Source: an uncultured Solirubrobacteraceae bacterium
GTDB lineage: Bacteria > Actinomycetota > Thermoleophilia > Solirubrobacterales > Solirubrobacteraceae
NCBI GenBank assembly: GCA_963830725.1
Contig: CAWHNO010000016.1
Location: 888,249 to 952,248, forward strand
Reading direction: 5' to 3'
Length of the DNA stretch: 64,000 bases
Shown: positions 39,754-49,071 of the stretch, piece after piece
Position numbering within the stretch: the stretch's first letter is position 1
How the letters are laid out: every line of letters begins with the position of its first letter
Position numbers and translations under genes: made by a program
The notes under the pieces: model-generated
The model's database searches: none
Seen by the model: the letters and a program-made list of their open reading frames with translations, nothing else
Told to the model about the DNA's origin: nothing

Positions 39754-41231
39754 CCTCGCACGACGACGGTCTGCCGGCGCCCGCGCTCCGAGGCCTGCCC
39801 TCGCCGGTCGACGCCGACGACGTGGAGCCGGTGCTTGCCGGGCCGCAGCCGCCGCGTCCGCAGCGAGGTCGCGCTCGTGGTCCCGACGGCGCGGCCGTCG
39901 ACCAGCACGCGGTAGCGCTGGGGCCCGCCGAAGTCCTGCCCCGGCGTCCAGCGCACGAGCACACGGCGGCCGACGACGTCGGGCAGGTTGCGCAGCGCGG
40001 GCGCGCTCGGCGGCAGGTCGAACATCGCGGCGCCGACCGTTCCGCCCTGGACGAACGCGACGGCGACGTCGCCGACCCGGTTCGACGACGCCGACAGCGG
40101 GCCGGGGGCCACCGGGCCGAGGGTGCGGTGCGAGAGCAGCGCCTCGGGCCCGAGGCCGCCGTCGTCCGGCGCCCGCCGCCCGCGCACGACGGCGGTCGCA
40201 TCGTCGCCGGCGCGCCAGGCCAGCGCGGTGTCGTTGCGCTCCGACGTGGCGACCGCGGCGTTGGTCACGGCGCCCGAGCGGTCGTTGCGCCGGGCCGCCG
40301 CGAACGCGTCGCCGCGCAGCGGCGCGCCGAGCAGCAGCCCGCCCGCCACCGACACCGCGTGGCCGATCCCGCTCGAGCTCATCCCGATCGCCGGGCCGGC
40401 GCTGGCCGCGCCCGCGTCGAGCGCGTAGGGCGCCTCGAAGGTCGACGCGCGGAGCCGGCGGGCGACGCTGCGCGAGACGCCGCCGATGTCCTGCCGGTAC
40501 GCGACCCAGGCGTACGAGCGGTCGTACTCGATGTCGACCTCGGGCGAGTCGGCCGCGCCGCCGGTGGCGCCCGAGGCGTCCTGCGGCAGGACCGACAGCG
40601 TCGTGCCGTAGATGCGGCGCGCGAGCACGTGGCTGACGCCGTCCGCGAACACCTCGCCCCAGACCACGAGCGCGCTGCCGTCGGCGGCGACCGCCACCTT
40701 CGGGCGCCCGGCGCCGGCGCCGGCGGCCCGCGCCGGCTCGACGTCGAGCGGCGCCGGGACGGCCTGCCACGTGCCGCCGGCCAGGCGCGCGGCGAGCACG
40801 TCCCCGTTCTGCGCCCAGACGGCGTAGGCGACGCCGTTGACGCCCATCTCGATCGCCAGGCCGGCCGCGCCGCCGGCGGCCGAGAGCGGCACGGCGGCCG
40901 CGCCGACGAGGGCGCCGTAGACGATCCCGTTCTGGATCCAGGCCGCGGCCAGCCGGCCCTGCTCGCCGGCCGCCACCGCGACCTCGGTCGTCCCGGGGCC
41001 GCTCAAGCCGGCGGGCGGCGTCCAGCCGCCGGGGTCGAGCCGCGACAGCCATCCCTGGCCGTCCTTGACGTAGACGAGCGCGCCGCCCTGCTCGATCCCG
41101 AGGTCGACGACCGGGCGCGCGACCGCGCCCGGACCGTCGACGGGCTCGAAGGCGAACCAGCGGGCCTGAGCCGCCGGAGCGATGGCGAGGGCGAGCGCGA
41201 AAGCGAGGAGCAGGATCCGAAGAGCTGGCAT
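39750..41231 (-). CDS. Secreted repeat protein (signal peptide, propeller-like repeats, C-terminal Ig/FN3-like domain)
   Basis: Signal peptide MPALRILLLAFALALAIAPAAQA. Recurrent AxAW/VW motifs (AAAWIQNG, AYAVWAQNG, ALVVWGE, AWVAYRQ, ALAWRAG). C-terminus RVLVRWTPG...YRVLVDG. 493 aa, intact. Confidence 0.6.
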   Translation of the reverse strand: MPALRILLLAFALALAIAPAAQARWFAFEPVDGPGAVARPVVDLGIEQGGALVYVKDGQGWLSRLDPGGWTPPAGLSGPGTTEVAVAAGEQGRLAAAWIQNGIVYGALVGAAAVPLSAAGGAAGLAIEMGVNGVAYAVWAQNGDVLAARLAGGTWQAVPAPLDVEPARAAGAGAGRPKVAVAADGSALVVWGEVFADGVSHVLARRIYGTTLSVLPQDASGATGGAADSPEVDIEYDRSYAWVAYRQDIGGVSRSVARRLRASTFEAPYALDAGAASAGPAIGMSSSGIGHAVSVAGGLLLGAPLRGDAFAAARRNDRSGAVTNAAVATSERNDTALAWRAGDDATAVVRGRRAPDDGGLGPEALLSHRTLGPVAPGPLSASSNRVGDVAVAFVQGGTVGAAMFDLPPSAPALRNLPDVVGRRVLVRWTPGQDFGGPQRYRVLVDGRAVGTTSATSLRTRRLRPGKHRLHVVGVDRRGQASERGRRQTVVVRG

Positions 41232-41248
41232 CGGGCGAGCAGGCTAAC

Positions 41249-42049
41249 GTGAGCGGCGGAATGCATCCTCGCTCCGGCACCGTCACCGGCCTCTGGCGCT
41301 GGCCCGTGAAGTCGATGGCGGGCCAGCGCGTCGACGCGCTCCGGGTCGATGCCCGCGGCGCCGGCGGCGACCGCACGCACGCCGTTCTCCACGACCACAA
41401 GGGCTCGCGCAAGCCGCTGACCGCCCGCGAGGCGCCGCGGCTGCTCGCCTGGAGCGGTGCCTACTCGCTCAACGGCGGGCTGGACCCCGCCCGGCCGCCG
41501 CTCGCGCTCGTGACCGCGCCGGACGGCCAGCGCTTCGGCTGGGGCGATCCGCGGCTGCCCGGCGCGCTCGAGCAGGATCTCGGCCGGCCCGTGTGGCTGA
41601 CGCGCGACGTCGGCGGCATCCAGGACCTGCCGGGCACTCTGCTCGTCACCACCCGGGCGACGCTCGACGCGCTCGGCGACGAGCTCGGCGAGCCGGTCGA
41701 CCTGCGCCGCTTCCGCACGAACCTGCACCTCGACCTCGACGCCCCGGGCTGGGCCGAGCTGGACTGGGAGGGCGCCGAGCTGGCGTTCGCCGGCGGCGTC
41801 CGGCTGCGGCTGCTGCATCCGTGCGAGCGCTGCGCGATCCCCACCCGCGACCCCGACACGCAGGTCAAGTGGGCCGGCCTTCTCAAGCACCTGACCGCCG
41901 CCCACCGGCAGTGCTTCGGGATCAACGCGCAGGTGCTGGCCGGCGGCCGGATCGCCGCCGGCGAGGCGGTGGAGGTCGCGCTCAGTCCGGCCGCAGCCGC
42001 GCCACCTGAGGGTCGTGGTCGGACTGCTGCTCGGCGAACTCGGCGTTGA
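41249..42049 (+). CDS. MOSC domain-containing protein
   Basis: GLWRWPVKSMAGQ (MOSC_N beta-barrel), FRTNLHLD and the conserved Cys in CERCAIPT. Confidence 0.85.
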   Translation: MSGGMHPRSGTVTGLWRWPVKSMAGQRVDALRVDARGAGGDRTHAVLHDHKGSRKPLTAREAPRLLAWSGAYSLNGGLDPARPPLALVTAPDGQRFGWGDPRLPGALEQDLGRPVWLTRDVGGIQDLPGTLLVTTRATLDALGDELGEPVDLRRFRTNLHLDLDAPGWAELDWEGAELAFAGGVRLRLLHPCERCAIPTRDPDTQVKWAGLLKHLTAAHRQCFGINAQVLAGGRIAAGEAVEVALSPAAAAPPEGRGRTAARRTRR

Positions 42050-44540
42050 CGTGCACCGAGTCGTACTCGGGGACCGGGAACAGCAGCGCCGGCGAGGCCA
42101 GGATGTGGTCGAGCGCCTGCGAGTTGCCCTCGAACACGTATGAGTAGCGCTCGCTCGGCGGCAGCAGGAACATCAGGTCGAGCATCTGGAAGCCCTGCAG
42201 GATCTGCATGGTCTCCGAGAACTCGAAGTCGTTGATATCGCCGAGCACGACGTAGTTGGCGAGCGGCTCGATGCGCTGGATGTCGCGTGCGAAGCCGTTG
42301 ACGATCGTCGCCTGCGCGTGCCGCTGCGGCTCGGTGACGCGCGTGGGCGGCTGGAGGTGTCCGAACAGCGGGTCGTCGCCGCCCTTGGAGTTGAAGTGGT
42401 TGGCGACCGCGATCACGGTCTCGCCCCTCCACGTGAACTCGCCGGCGAGCGGCTTGCGGCTGTTGCCGAACGCCGGGTCGGCCGGCTGGATCCGCCCCGG
42501 GCTGAACGTCAGCCGAGCACGACGGCCCGACCGGACGACCTCGGTCGAGTTCGTCGACGTGCCGCCCGGGCGGTCGACGAAGGCCAGCCCGCGGTCGGTC
42601 CGGAACAGGAAGCCCTGGCGGATGTTGCCGCCCGGTGCGCCGCCGTCCTCGTCGTCCTCCGGGTCGATCTGCCGGTACTCGTAGGTCGGCCCGCCGGCCG
42701 CCGTGATCGCGGCGATCAGCGTGGTCCAGGTGAGGCTCGCGTCCGTGACCGTGCTGTCGGTCCCGTCCCTGACCCCGTCGTTGTCCTGGATCTCCTCGAC
42801 GGCCACGATGTCCGGCGACTTGAGGTTGTCGATCAGGGTCCTCGCCAGGGCGGCGAACTTGGCCGGCGGGTCGGTCGGCGCCAGGTTCTCGACGTTGAAC
42901 GACGCCATCGCCAGCTCGTTCGCGTTCGGCGTCTCGGTGACCTCGCGCTGAAGGTCGCCCGTCGCCGTGACGTCGGCCAGCGGGTAGTACTTGAAGTTGT
43001 CGAACGAGTAGTCGCCCACGGCGACGATCGGCGTCGAGAGCCGGTCGCCGGTGTTCGCGACCGGCGTCTCGCCGATCACGTCGTCGAGGATGAAGCGCTC
43101 CGGGTTGAAGTCGTTCGGCCCGACGATCACGCCGCCGCGGCGCGTGCGCGGACCCGCGAAGCGCCCGGCGTCGCCGATCATCGAGACCTCGCCGAAGTCG
43201 TTCCGCGGCCCGGTCGCCACGGCGTCGTTGAACCGCAGCAGCATCCCCTCGACGCTCTCGTGGAAGTCGATCCCGTCCTGCTGCGGGTCGAAGATCGGGT
43301 TGGTGTCGACGTCGCCGGTCGAGTCGTTGTCGATGATCCGGCTCGGCGGGGTGCGGCCGCCCTGGCCGATCACCGTCGGGGCGATCGGGCTGCCGCCCTC
43401 GACGGCGGTCACCGTCGGCCGGAAGATCTCGGTCAGCGAGAGGCTCTCCGGCCCCCAGTTGGAGGCCTTGAACTCCGAGACCTCGCCGCTGAACAGCACG
43501 GCCGTCCCGATCGGCGGCCGCGCGCTGGGCTGGAACAGGAAGATGCCCTCCGACGTCCGGTTGTCGGCGTCGGGCGAGGCGTCCTGGACCCAGATGCCCT
43601 GCGAGCTCGCCGCCGTGACGACGCCGGGCACGCCGCTGACGATCCGGTCCTCGTAGGGCGAGCGGTGCTGTGCGCCCTGGATGTCGTGGATGCGCAGGCC
43701 CTCGAGCCCGAGGGTCGAGAAGCTGAAGTCGTCGTCCAGGTCCTCGGTGTGGACGGTCACGGTGCACGTCTCGCCGCGCGCGAAGTCGGTCGCCGGGTCG
43801 AGCGTGAACTCGGTCGGACCGCCGCTGGTGGCGAACGGGTGGTCGCCGCTGCTCGAGCAGCTGATGCCGAACGTCGGCTCGACCGGCGCGCTGAAGGTGA
43901 TCGTCACGTCGCTGTCGAGCGGCACGTCGTCGGCGCCGTCGGCCGGGTCGGTGGCGGTGACGCCTGCGGGCGGCGGGGTGTTGCGGGGGTTCGGGGCGCC
44001 GACCGTGAAGTCGGCCGCGTTGTTGTCGGTGTCAACGGCCCCGTCGCCGTTGCGCAGCGCTGCGGTCGTGTTGCTGAGCTGCGGCGTCGGGGCGGTCTCG
44101 GACTCGTTGGCGGCGCCGTAGCCGACGAGGTCGCGCACCTCGCCCGTGTTCGTCACGACGCGGACCTTGCCGGACGTCGCGCTCATGGCGATACCGCCGC
44201 TGGCGTTGGGCGTCGGGAGGTCCTGCGTGCCGCCGCTGCCGGCCGCCTCCTGCACGAGGTAGTGCCGGCCGGGCAGGATCCTGCCCGTGAGCGCGGTCGA
44301 CGAGAAGGTGCTGCCCGTGGCCGATCCGTACTGCACGCTCCAGCCGGCCACCGGCACCGGTTCGGTGCCGCGGTTGTAGAGCTCGATGAAGTCGTTCCTG
44401 AAGGTGGCGCCCGCGTTGCCGCCCCCGCCGTAGACCTGGCTGACGACGATGTCCGGCGAGACGGCCGAGGCCGGAGCGGCCAGGGCGAAGAAGGCTGCGA
44501 GGGCGATCAGGAGTGCGCGCATCCCGCGGACCCTAGCCAT
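41982..44540 (-). CDS. ExeM/NucH-family extracellular endonuclease (lamin-tail domain + EEP nuclease)
   Basis: Signal peptide, then the LTD signature IVVSQVYGGGGNAGATFRNDFIELYN...GWSVQY. The EEP core is ASFNVENL...DIVAVEEIQDNDG...SDHDP. 852 aa, intact. Confidence 0.85.
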   Translation of the reverse strand: MARVRGMRALLIALAAFFALAAPASAVSPDIVVSQVYGGGGNAGATFRNDFIELYNRGTEPVPVAGWSVQYGSATGSTFSSTALTGRILPGRHYLVQEAAGSGGTQDLPTPNASGGIAMSATSGKVRVVTNTGEVRDLVGYGAANESETAPTPQLSNTTAALRNGDGAVDTDNNAADFTVGAPNPRNTPPPAGVTATDPADGADDVPLDSDVTITFSAPVEPTFGISCSSSGDHPFATSGGPTEFTLDPATDFARGETCTVTVHTEDLDDDFSFSTLGLEGLRIHDIQGAQHRSPYEDRIVSGVPGVVTAASSQGIWVQDASPDADNRTSEGIFLFQPSARPPIGTAVLFSGEVSEFKASNWGPESLSLTEIFRPTVTAVEGGSPIAPTVIGQGGRTPPSRIIDNDSTGDVDTNPIFDPQQDGIDFHESVEGMLLRFNDAVATGPRNDFGEVSMIGDAGRFAGPRTRRGGVIVGPNDFNPERFILDDVIGETPVANTGDRLSTPIVAVGDYSFDNFKYYPLADVTATGDLQREVTETPNANELAMASFNVENLAPTDPPAKFAALARTLIDNLKSPDIVAVEEIQDNDGVRDGTDSTVTDASLTWTTLIAAITAAGGPTYEYRQIDPEDDEDGGAPGGNIRQGFLFRTDRGLAFVDRPGGTSTNSTEVVRSGRRARLTFSPGRIQPADPAFGNSRKPLAGEFTWRGETVIAVANHFNSKGGDDPLFGHLQPPTRVTEPQRHAQATIVNGFARDIQRIEPLANYVVLGDINDFEFSETMQILQGFQMLDLMFLLPPSERYSYVFEGNSQALDHILASPALLFPVPEYDSVHVNAEFAEQQSDHDPQVARLRPD

Positions 44541-44565
44541 CAGCGGCGCGACGATGTGAAGATCC

Positions 44566-45939
44566 TCACAGCGCCTGGATCTCGGCCAGCACCTCGCCCA
44601 CCGAGGCCTTCGCGTCGCCGAACAGCAGCGCCGTCTTCTCGTCGTAGAAGAGCGGGTTGTCGATGCCCGCGAAGCCGCTGTTCATGGAGCGCTTGAGCAC
44701 GATCACCGAGCCCGCCTTGTCGACGTCGAGGATCGGCATCCCGTAGATCGGCGAGTCCGCCACCGTGCGCGCCGCCGGGTTCGTGACGTCGTTGGCCCCG
44801 ATCACCAGCGCCACGTCCGTGCGCGCGAACTCGGGGTTGATGTCGTCCATCTCCTTGAGCTGGTCGTACGGGACGTCGGCCTCGGCCAGCAGCACGTTCA
44901 TGTGCCCGGGCATCCGCCCCGCGACCGGGTGGATTCCGTACAGCACCTCGACGCCGCGCTTCTCCAGCTCGGCGGCCAGGTCGGCGACCGCGCGCTGGGC
45001 CTGGGCGACCGCCATCCCGTAGCCGGGCACCACGACCACCAGCCGCGCGTAGGAGAGCTGGATCGCCACGTCGGCCGCGCTGGTCGAGCGCACCGTGCCG
45101 CCGTCGCTCGCCGCCGCCGCGACCGCGCCGCCGGCCCCTAGCCCGCCGAAGAACACGTTGGCGATCGAGCGGTTCATCGCGTCGGCCATCTGCTTGGTCA
45201 GGATCGAGCCCGACGCGCCGACGAGCATGCCGGCCACGATCAGCGCCGTGTTGTCGAGCGCCAGGCCCGCCGCGGCGGCGCTCAGGCCGGTGAACGCGTT
45301 CAGGGTCGAGATCACCACCGGCATGTCGGCGCCGCCGATCGGCAGCACCGCCAGCACCCCGAGCGCCCCCGCCACCAGCAGGATCAGCCAGAACAGGGCC
45401 GACGACTCGGCGCCCGCCGCGATCACGACCGCGAGCGCGATCGCGGTGAGGGCGAGCACGCCGTTGACCGCCTTGGGGATCCGGAAGCCGCGCTTGAGCG
45501 TCTCCTGCAGCTTCAGGAACGCCACGTTCGAGCCCCAGAAGGAGATCGAGCCGATGATCGCCGCGAACAGCATCGGGATCAGCGTCTCCAGCGGTGGGTT
45601 GCCGCCCTCCTCGAGCGCCTCCAGGTACTCGACGATGCTGATCAGCGCCACCGCCCCGCCGCCGACGCCGTTGAACAGCGCCACCATCTGCGGCATCGCG
45701 GTCATCTTCACGTTGCGCGCCGCCGGGATGCCGACCGCCGTCCCGATCGCAAGGCCGACCACCAGCAGCGGCCAATCCCCGATCCGGTCGTCGAGCAGCG
45801 TCGCCCCCACCGCGATCGCCATGCCGGCCGCCGCCACCAGGTTGCCGCGGACCGCCGTGCGCGGCCCGCGCAGCATGTGCAGGCCGAGGATGAAGAGGCT
45901 GAAGGCGACGATGTAGAGGGCGGCGATCAGGTCATCCAT
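44566..45939 (-). CDS. pntB: NAD(P) transhydrogenase subunit beta
   Basis: 457 aa; MPQMVALFNGVGGG, VPGYGMAVAQAQ and HPVAGRMPGHMNVLLAEA. Confidence 0.95.
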   Translation of the reverse strand: MDDLIAALYIVAFSLFILGLHMLRGPRTAVRGNLVAAAGMAIAVGATLLDDRIGDWPLLVVGLAIGTAVGIPAARNVKMTAMPQMVALFNGVGGGAVALISIVEYLEALEEGGNPPLETLIPMLFAAIIGSISFWGSNVAFLKLQETLKRGFRIPKAVNGVLALTAIALAVVIAAGAESSALFWLILLVAGALGVLAVLPIGGADMPVVISTLNAFTGLSAAAAGLALDNTALIVAGMLVGASGSILTKQMADAMNRSIANVFFGGLGAGGAVAAAASDGGTVRSTSAADVAIQLSYARLVVVVPGYGMAVAQAQRAVADLAAELEKRGVEVLYGIHPVAGRMPGHMNVLLAEADVPYDQLKEMDDINPEFARTDVALVIGANDVTNPAARTVADSPIYGMPILDVDKAGSVIVLKRSMNSGFAGIDNPLFYDEKTALLFGDAKASVGEVLAEIQAL

Positions 45940-46219
45940 CGCGCTTCCTGCCCTTGAACATCCCGAGCATCCGGTCCGTCACCAGGAAGCCGCCGATCAC
46001 GTTGATCGTGCCGAACGCGATCGCGATCACCAGCAGCACGCTCTCCAGCACGCCGTCGGCGGGCCCGATCGTCAGCAGCGCGCCCAGCAGCACGATCCCG
46101 TGGATCGCGTTCGTCCCGCTCATCAACGGCGTGTGCAGCGTGTTCGGCACCTTCGAGATCACCTCGAAGCCGACGAACGCCGCCAGCACGAGGATCGCCA
46201 GCTCGGTCAGGAGGTCCAT
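45932..46219 (-). CDS. pntA: NAD(P) transhydrogenase subunit alpha part 2 (membrane)
   Basis: 95 aa; LAILVLAAFVGFEVISKVPNTLHTPLMSGTNAIHGIV. ATGA overlap with the upstream subunit. Confidence 0.88.
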   Translation of the reverse strand: MDLLTELAILVLAAFVGFEVISKVPNTLHTPLMSGTNAIHGIVLLGALLTIGPADGVLESVLLVIAIAFGTINVIGGFLVTDRMLGMFKGRKRDG

Positions 46220-47329
46220 CAGCCGGCCACCTTTCTCGCGCCCTCGTGCACGATCTCGCCGTCGCGCACGATGCAGGCGCCCTTGATCACCTCGTCGTCC
46301 CAGTCCAGCTCCAGCGCGCCGTCCTCGCCGGTCATCAGCTCGAGCAGCGACAGCACGTTGCGCGCGTACAGCTGCGACGCGTGCTCGGGCATCGAGCTCG
46401 GCAGGTTGAGCGGCGCGGCGATCGTCACCGCGTTGTCGGTCCGGTACGTCTCCCCCGGCCGCGCCAGCTCGCAGTTGCCGCCCGCCTCGCCGGCGAGGTC
46501 GACGATCACCGCGCCGTGCTTCATGCGCGCGACCGCCTGGGCGGTGATCAGCTTCGGCGCCGGGCGGCCGGGCACGAGCGCGGTGGTGATCACCGCGTCC
46601 GACTTGGCGATCTGGTCCTCGAGCGCCTGCCGCTGGGCCTGCTGCTCCTCTTCGGTCAGCTCGCGCGCGTAGCCGCCGGCCGCCTCGGCGTCGGCCGACC
46701 CCTCGACCTCGAGGAACCGCGCGCCGAGCGACTGGACCTGCTCCTTGACCGCGGCGCGCACGTCGAACGCCGTCACCACGGCGCCCAGCCGGCGCGCCGT
46801 GGCGATCGCCTGCAGCCCGGCCACGCCCGCGCCCAGGACCAGCACCTGAGCCGGCGGGATCGTGCCCGCGGCGGTCATCAGCATCGGCAGGAAGCGGCCC
46901 AGCTCCTGCGAGGCGATCAGCACCGCGCGGTAGCCGGCGACCGTCGCCTGGCTCGAGAGCGCGTCCATCGACTGCGCGCGCGAGATGCGCGGGATCGCCT
47001 CCATCGCGAACGCGGTCGCGCCGGTGGCGGCGACCGCGGCCACGCCCTCGCGGTCGGTGAGCGGCGCCATGAAGCCGATCAGCACGTGCTCGGCGGTCAG
47101 CCCGCCGGGCGGCGACGGGGCCACGCGCGCGATCACCTGCGCGCTCCACGGGTCGCCGATCTCGGCCCCGGCGGCGGTGAAGTCCTCGTCGAGCACGCCG
47201 GCCGCGGTGCCCGCGCCGGGCTCGATCACCACCTCATGGCCGGCTGTCGGTCATCCGGCGCACGACGTCAGGCACGAGCGCGACGCGCCGTTCGTCCGCG
47301 CCGGTCTCCTTTGGCACGCCGATCCTCAT
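46219..47329 (-). pseudogene. pntA: NAD(P) transhydrogenase subunit alpha part 1, with a frame shift near 47245
   Basis: AlaDH/PNT domains (VLVLGAGVAGLQAIATARRLGA). The true N-terminus MRIGVPKETGADERRVALVPDVV lies in another frame, 90 nt upstream of the track start. Confidence 0.9.
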
Positions 47330-47354
47330 CGGGGCCGGGAAGGTATCGAGTCCT

Positions 47355-48477
47355 CTACGGCAGCGCGGCGATCAGCGCGCCCGCGGCGGGCACGCGCGCA
47401 GCGGCCGCGAGGGCCGGCGTCTCGGCGGGGGCGGCCGTGGCCACCGGCGGCAGCGGCTGCGGCCTCGCCTTGCGCGGCGCGGGGCGCGCGGCCGGCGTCG
47501 GCGTGGCCGTCGGAGCGGGCGCGGACGCCGCCGCGGCGCTGCGCGCTCGCGGCACCGGCTTCAGGGGCAGCGTCTTGCGCGACAGCGCGGCGACCGCCTG
47601 GCCGGTGACCCACACCGGCGTCTGGCGGCTCGTGCGCGAGTAGCGGACCTCGCCGTCGGCGTCGGTCAGCGAGCGCAGGTAGCCCAGCGGGTCGCGCGAG
47701 CCGCCGCGGCGGACCTTGGCGGGGTCGCGTCCGGCGGCGAGCAGCCCCTGGACGGCCCAGGCGGTGGACTGCGCGTTCGAGCCGCCGCCCGGGATCAGCG
47801 CGAAGCCGCCGTCCGACGCCTGGTTGCGGACCACGAAGCGCGCGGCGCGCTCGACCGTGCGGCTGCCGCGGCGGCCGGCGGCCGCCAGCGCCTGGAGCGC
47901 GGCTCCGGTGTCGTCGATCCCCGACGGGCCGCCGCGGCCGGCGAAGTTGAAGCCGCCGTCGTCGTTGGCCTGGCCGGCGATCCACGAGGCGGCGCGGCGG
48001 ATCGCGCGGTCGTTCCGTGGCCGGCCGGCGGCGCGCAGCGCGAGCACGGCGAACGCGGTCGTGTTCACGCGACCGGCGAACGAGCCGTTCGGCCGCTGTC
48101 CGGACGCGCACCTCGCGCTCGAGGTCGCGGCCGCCGAGGCGCGGCTCGAGCCCGGCCGCCGCGAGCACGATGATCGTGCGCTGGATCTCGCCGAGGTCGT
48201 TCAGTTCGCTCGCATGCGCGCGCATGTAGGCGATCGCGCTCGGCGAGCCGACGTCGCGCGGATTGCGGCCGGCGGCGGCGAGCCCGATCGCCGTCCAGCC
48301 CGTGAAGAGCTGCGATGAGGACTGCCCGGGCGCGCCGCCCCAGCCGCCGTCGTCGTTCTGCGCCCCGGCCAGGTAGCGCACCGACTCGCGGACGGCCGCA
48401 TCGGCGGCGGGCGGCTGCGCCCCGGCGGCGACCAGCGCCAGCAGCAGGGCGGTCGCAGGCAGCGCCAGCCAGCGGAT
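47355..48477 (-). pseudogene. Secreted alpha/alpha-toroid protein with prenyltransferase/squalene-cyclase-type repeats; one frame shift near 48100; 5' end continuous with the S-component ORF
   Basis: Five repeats: AGAQNDDGGWGG, QRPNGSFAG, GQANDDGGFNF, RNQASDGGFAL and LTDADGEVRY. Signal-like WLALPATALLLALVAAGAQPPAADA. Pro/Ala-rich tail. Confidence 0.7.
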
Positions 48478-49071
48478 CTCGAACCGTGTCCGGTAGCGCG
48501 ACAGGGCGCGCACGAGGGCGGGCCCGAAGGCGAGGCAGAACACGACGCTGCCCGCCACGTGCGCGATGTCGAACGGCAGCGAGGTGGCGAACGTGGCCGC
48601 CAGCTTGGCGACCGTGTGGTCGCCGGAGTAGGTGACCCACAGGTGCAGGTTCATCACCGCCCCGAAGCCGGCCGAGGCGACCGCGCAGGCGGCGGCGAGC
48701 GAGACCCGGCCGAGCTCGCGCCCGGCGAGGCGCGCGAGCACCGCGCCGCCGACGCCGACGCCGCCCCACGCGACCATCTGCCACGGCGTCCACGGACCCT
48801 GGCCGAAGAACAGGTTCGACGCCAGGGCAGCCACGGCCCCGACCGCGAACCCCGGCGCGCCGCCGAGCACGTAGCCGGAGATGAGCACGATGTCGGTGGT
48901 CGGCTTGACGTTCGGCAGCGGCGCGAAGGCGATCCGGCCGAGCGCGGCGAGCGCGGCCAGCGTGGCCACGAGCGCGATCACCCGCGCGGTCGGGTGCGAG
49001 CGCTCGTACCAGGCGAAGCCCGCCAGCAGCGCGGCGCCGAGCAGCAGGAAGGAGGCGGCGACCCAGCTCAC
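48478..49071 (-). CDS. ECF-transporter substrate-specific (S) component-like membrane protein
   Basis: About 200 aa with 5-6 TM (VATLAALAALGRIAFAPLPNVKPTTDIVLISGYVLGG..., GPWTPWQMVAWGG...). GTG start in a GTGA overlap with ecfA. No stop before the next domain. Confidence 0.65.
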
